Shown here: positions 59,001 through 64,000 of the stretch, in pieces
Layout: every line of letters begins with the position of its first letter
Numbering within the stretch: the stretch's first letter is position 1
Assembly (NCBI RefSeq): GCF_009914755.1
Contig: NC_060937.1
DNA: 64,000 nt
Source of the DNA: the human T2T-CHM13v2.0 reference genome, Homo sapiens
Direction: 5' to 3' (one strand)
Notes under the pieces: generated by a model
What the model was told of the DNA's origin: nothing
The model's database searches: none
Seen by the model: the letters and a program-made list of their open reading frames with translations, nothing else
Program-made: the position numbers and the translations under genes

Positions 59001-59600
59001 AAAATATCAATGTACCCCAAATATATACTTTATACTCTACATGAAATATCAAAGTTCACAATCCATATATTATATACTGTACATAAATTATCAAAGTACC
59101 CAAGGTATATATTCTATACTATACAAAAAATATCAAAGTACCCAAAGCATGTATTATATACTGTACATAAAATATGAAAGTACATCAAATATATATTTTA
59201 TTCTGTACATATAATATCAAAGTACACCAGATATATATTCTATAGTGTACATAAAATATCAAAGTACCCAAAATATACATTATATACTGTACATAAAATA
59301 TGAAATTACATCAAATATATATTATATTAGGTACATAAAATATGAAAGTACATCAAATATAGATTATATACTGTACATAAAATATCAAAGTACCCCAATT
59401 ATATATTATATACTCTACATGAAATATCAAAGTTCACAAACTATATATTATATACTGTATATAAAATATCAAAGTACCCAAGGCATATATTCTATACTGT
59501 ACAAAAAATATCAAAGTACCCAAAGCATGTATTATATACTGTATATAAAATATGAATGTACATCAAATATATATTTTATTCTGTACATAACATATCAAAG
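53040..59600 (+). repeat. Duplicated HOR block (53.0-56.6 kb and 57.4-59.6 kb) differing by a 1381-bp indel
   Basis: Shared TTGCAACAAA (53111/57440) and ACAAAGTAACAAAGTAAC (53301/57630) at offset 4329. Shared TCTACGTG (55343/58291), CCTAAAGC and CAATCCAT at offset 2948. Confidence 0.85.
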
Positions 59601-62600
59601 TACACAAGATATATATTCTATAGTGTACATAAAATAACAAAGTACACAAACTATAAATTATATACTGTACATAAAATATGAAGTTGCATCAAATATATAT
59701 TAGGTACATAAAATATGAAAGTACATCAAATATAGATTATATACTGTACATAAAATATCAATGTACCCCAAATATATATTTTATACTCGACATGAAATAT
59801 CAAAGTTCACAAACCATATATTATTTACTGTACATAAAATATCAAAGTACCCAAGGTATATATTCTATACTGTACAAAAAATATCAAAGTACCCAAAGCA
59901 TGTATTATATACTGTACATAAAATATGAAACTACATCAAATATATTTTTTATTCTGTATATAAAATATCAAAGTACACCAGATATATATTCTATAGTGTA
60001 CATAAAATATCAAATTACCCAAACTATACATTATATACTGCACATAAAATATGAAATTACATCAAATATATATTATATTAGGTACATAAAATATGAAAGT
60101 ACATCAAATATAGATTATATACTGTACATAAAATATCAAAGTACCCCAAATATATATTATATACTGTACATGAAATATCAAAGTTCACAAACTATATATT
60201 ATATACTGTACATAAAATATCAAAGTACCCAAGGTATATATTCTATACTGTACAAAAAATATCAAAGTACCCAAAGCATGTATTATATACTGTACATAAA
60301 ATATGAAAGTACATCAAATATATATTTTATTCTGTACATAAAATATCAAAGTACACCAGATATATATTCTATAGTGTACATAAAATAACAAAGTACACAA
60401 ACCATAAATTATATACTGTACATAAAATATGACATTACATCAAATATATATTAGGTACTTAAAATATGAAAGAACATCAAATATAGATTATATACTGTAC
60501 ATAAAATATCAATGTACCCCAAATATATATTTTATACTCTACATGAAATATCAAAGTTCACAAACTATATATTATATACTGTACATAAAATATCAAAGTA
60601 CCCAAGGTATATATTCTATACTCTACAAAAAATATCAAAGTACCCAAAGCATGTATTATATACTGTACATAAAATATGAAATTACATCAAATATATATTT
60701 TATTCTGTACATAAAATATCAAAGTACACCAGATATACATTCTATAGTGTACATAAAATATCAAAGTACCCAAACTATACATTATATACTGTACATAAAA
60801 TATGAAATTCCATCAAATATATATTATATTAGGTACATAAAATATGAAAGTACATCAAATATAGATTATATACTGTATATTAAATACCAAAGTACCCCAA
60901 ATAGATATTTTATACTGTACATGAAATATCAAAGTTCACAAACTATATATTATATACTGTACATTAAATATCAAAGTACCCAAGGTATATATTCTATACT
61001 ATACAAAAAATATCAAAGTACCCAAAGCATGTATTATATACTGTACATAAAATATGAAAGTACATCAAATATATATTTTATTCCGTACATAAAATATCAA
61101 AGTACACCAGATATATATTCTATAGCGTACATAAAATATCAAACTACCCAAACTATACATTATATACTGTACATAAAATATGAAATTACATCAAATATAT
61201 ATTATATTAGGTACATAAAATATGAAAGTTCATCAAATATAGAGTATATACTGTACATTAAATATCAAAGTACCCCAAATATATATTATATACTCTACAT
61301 GAAATATCAAAGTTCACAAACTATATATTATATACTCTACATGTAATATCAAAGTACCCAAGGTATATATTCTATACTATACAAAAAATATCAAAGTACC
61401 CAAAGCATGTATTATATACTGTACATAAAATATGAAAGTACATCAAATATATATTTTATTCTGTACATAAAATATCAAAGTACACCAGATATATATTCTA
61501 TAATGTACATAAAATATCAAAGTACCCAAACTATACATTATATACTGTACATAAAATATGAAATTACATCAAATATATATTAGGTACATAAAATATGAAA
61601 GCACATCAAATATAGATTATATACTGTACATTAAATACCAAAGTACCCCAAATATATATTTTATACTGTACATCAAATATCAAAGTTCACAAACTATATA
61701 TTATATACTGTATATAAAATATCAAAGTACCCAAGGTATATATTCTATACTGTACAAAAAATATCAAAGTACCCAAAGCATGTATTATATACTGTACATA
61801 AAATATGAAAGTACATCAAATATATATTTTATTCTGTACATAAAATATCAAAGTACACCAGATATATATTCCATAGTGTACATAAAATATCAAAGTACCC
61901 AAACTATACATTATATACTGTACATAAAATATGAGATTACATCAAATATATATTATATTAGCTACATAAAATATGAAAGTACGTCAGATATAGATTATAT
62001 ACTGTACATAAAATATCAAAGTACCCCAAATATATATTATATACTCTACATGAAATATCAAAGTTCACAAACTATATATTATATACTGTACATAAAATAT
62101 CAAAGTACCCAAGGTATATATTCTATACTGTACAAAAAATATCAAAGTACCCAAAGCATGTATTATATACTGTATACAAAATATGAAAATACATTAAATA
62201 TATATTTTATTCTGTACATAAAATATCAAAGTACACCAGATATGTATTCTATAGTGTACATAAAATAACAAAGTACCCAAACTATACATTATATACTGTA
62301 CATAAAATATGAAATTACATCAAATATATATTAGGTACATAAAATATGAAAGTACATCAAATATAGATTATATACTGTACATAAAATATCAAAGTACCCC
62401 AAATATATATTATATACTCTACATGAAATATCAAAGTTCACAAACTATATAGTATATACTGTACATAAAATATCAAAGTACCCAAGGTATATATTCTATA
62501 CTGTACAAAAAATATCAAAGTACCCAAAGCATGTATTATATACTGTACATAAAATATGAAAGTACATCAAATATATATTATATTCTGTACATAAAATATC

Positions 62601-64000
62601 AAAGTACACCAGATATATATTCTATAGTGTACATAAAATAACAAAGTACACAAACTATAAATTATATACTGTACATAAAATATGAAATTACATCAAATAT
62701 ATATTAGGTACATAAAATATGAAAGTACATCAAATATAGATTATATACTGTACATAAAATATCAATGTACCCCAAATATATATTTTATACTCTACATGAA
62801 ATATCAAAGTTCACAAACCATATATTATATACTGTACATAAAATATCAAAGTACCCAACGTATATATTCTATACTATACAAAAAATATCAAAGTACCCAA
62901 AGCATGTATTATATACTGTACATAAAATATGAAAGTACATCAAATATATATTTTATTCTGTACATAAAATATCAAAGTACACCAGATATATATTCTATAG
63001 TGTACATAAAATATCTAATACCCAAACTATACATTATATACTGTACATAAAATATGAGATTACATCAAATATATATTATATTAGGTACATAAAATATGAA
63101 AGTACATCTGATATAGATTATATACTGTACATAAAATATCAAAGTACCCCAAATATATATTATATACTCTACATGAAATATCAAAGTTCACAAACTATAT
63201 ATTATATACTGTACATAAAATATCAAAGTACCCAAGGTATATATTCTATACTGTACAAAAAATATCAAAGTACCCAAAGCATGTATTATATACTGTATAT
63301 AAAATATGAAAATACATTAAACATATATTTTATTCTGTATATGAAATATCAAAGTACACCAGATATATATTCTATAGTGTACATAAAATAACAAAGTACA
63401 CAAATTATAAATTATATACTGTACGTAAAATATGAAATTACATCAAATATATATTAGGTACATAAAATATGAAAGTACATCAAATATAAATTATATACTG
63501 TACATATAATATCAATGAACCCCAAATATATATTTTATACTCTACATGAAATATCAAAGTTCACAAACCATACATTATATACTGTAGATAAAATATCAAA
63601 GTACCCAAGGTATATATTCTATACTGTACCAAAAATATCAAAGTACCCAAAGCATGTATTATATACTGTACATAAAATATGAAAGTACATCAAATATATA
63701 TTTTATTCTGTACATAAAATATCAAAGTACACCAGATATATATTCTATAGTGTACATAAAATATCAAAGTACCCAAACTATACATTATATACTGTACATA
63801 AAATATGAAATTACATCAAATATATATTAGGTACATAAAATATGAAAGTACATCAAATATAGATTATATACTGTACATAAAATATCAAAGTACCCCAAAT
63901 ATATATTATATACTGTACATGAAATATCAAAGTTCAGAAACTATATATTATATACTGTACATAAAATATCAAAGTACCCAAGGTATATATTCTATACTGT

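Larger units (their letters stand above)
3276..64000 (+). repeat. Human Satellite 1A (HSat1A / SAR / classical satellite I) array of 42-bp monomers, roughly 1,450 copies; truncated by the window end
   Basis: Monomer consensus ACATAAAATAT(C/G)AAAGT (17 bp) + ACCCAAACTATATATTATATACTGT (25 bp), with two GTAC (RsaI) sites per monomer. This matches the classical 17+25 bp satellite I structure. 14-aa periodicity in the ORF track; very AT-rich and nearly CpG-free. Confidence 0.96.
7961..64000 (+). repeat. HSat1A 9-monomer higher-order repeat (378 bp, plus a 373-bp deletion variant), about 150 units
   Basis: Fixed order of nine distinguishable monomers: 1 GAAATTACATC..TTAGG, 2 ATAGATT, 3 CCCC..CATG, 4 GTTCAC, 5 CCAAGGT..CAAAAAA, 6 AGCATG, 7 TTTTATTC, 8 CCAGAT..ATAGTG, 9 CTATACATT. 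Monomer-1 ATG spacing is 378 for 10835 to 11213 and 373 for 11213 to 11586. Confidence 0.93.

Noticed and set aside
3393-63391. Tyr/Ile/Lys-rich ORFs up to 339 aa (e.g. 46343-47341, 54592-55611) suggesting a repeat-protein family
   Set aside because: 42 is divisible by 3 and one consensus frame lacks stops, so long ORFs arise automatically. Frameshifting 5-, 2- and 1-bp deletions and stop variants are freely amplified, which argues against coding constraint.
3276-64000. CRISPR-like look: conserved 17-bp part alternating with a variable 25-bp part
   Set aside because: The variable parts are homologous to each other and cycle every nine units. There are no unique spacers, leader or cas genes, and the context is primate satellite.
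3276-64000. TATA-like boxes, AATAAA and TGTACA palindromes as promoters, polyA signals or hormone-response elements
   Set aside because: These are expected from the AT-rich monomer consensus. Nothing singles out any copy as functional.
3276-64000. HSat1B (DYZ2-type) or alpha satellite
   Set aside because: No 2.4-kb Alu-containing unit, no 171-bp monomer and no CENP-B box were seen.

Overview
This window is entirely tandem satellite DNA and appears human (or great ape). Bases 1-~3275 are a (GGAAT)n pentamer array of the Human Satellite 3 (HSat3) type. It joins, with no spacer, a ~60.7 kb AT-rich array of 42-bp monomers, Human Satellite 1A (HSat1A/SAR, classical satellite I), which runs to the window end on one strand. 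An HSat3/HSat1A border is most typical of acrocentric short arms; the chromosome cannot be fixed from sequence alone. I find no credible gene, RNA gene, transposon or CRISPR array, and all listed ORFs are translations of the repeats. I did not find a new gene system. The interest lies in array architecture: a sharp junction; a border layer whose repeat unit shrinks from ~27-28 to 18-19 to 11 to 9 monomers; a 378/373-bp higher-order repeat (HOR) dimorphism; nested duplications from 0.7 to 7 kb, some with copies ~36 kb apart, whose order can be read from shared variants; truncated and chimeric HORs; and an edge-like island deep in the array. Coordinates were read by eye and from ORF-track offsets, so block boundaries are approximate.
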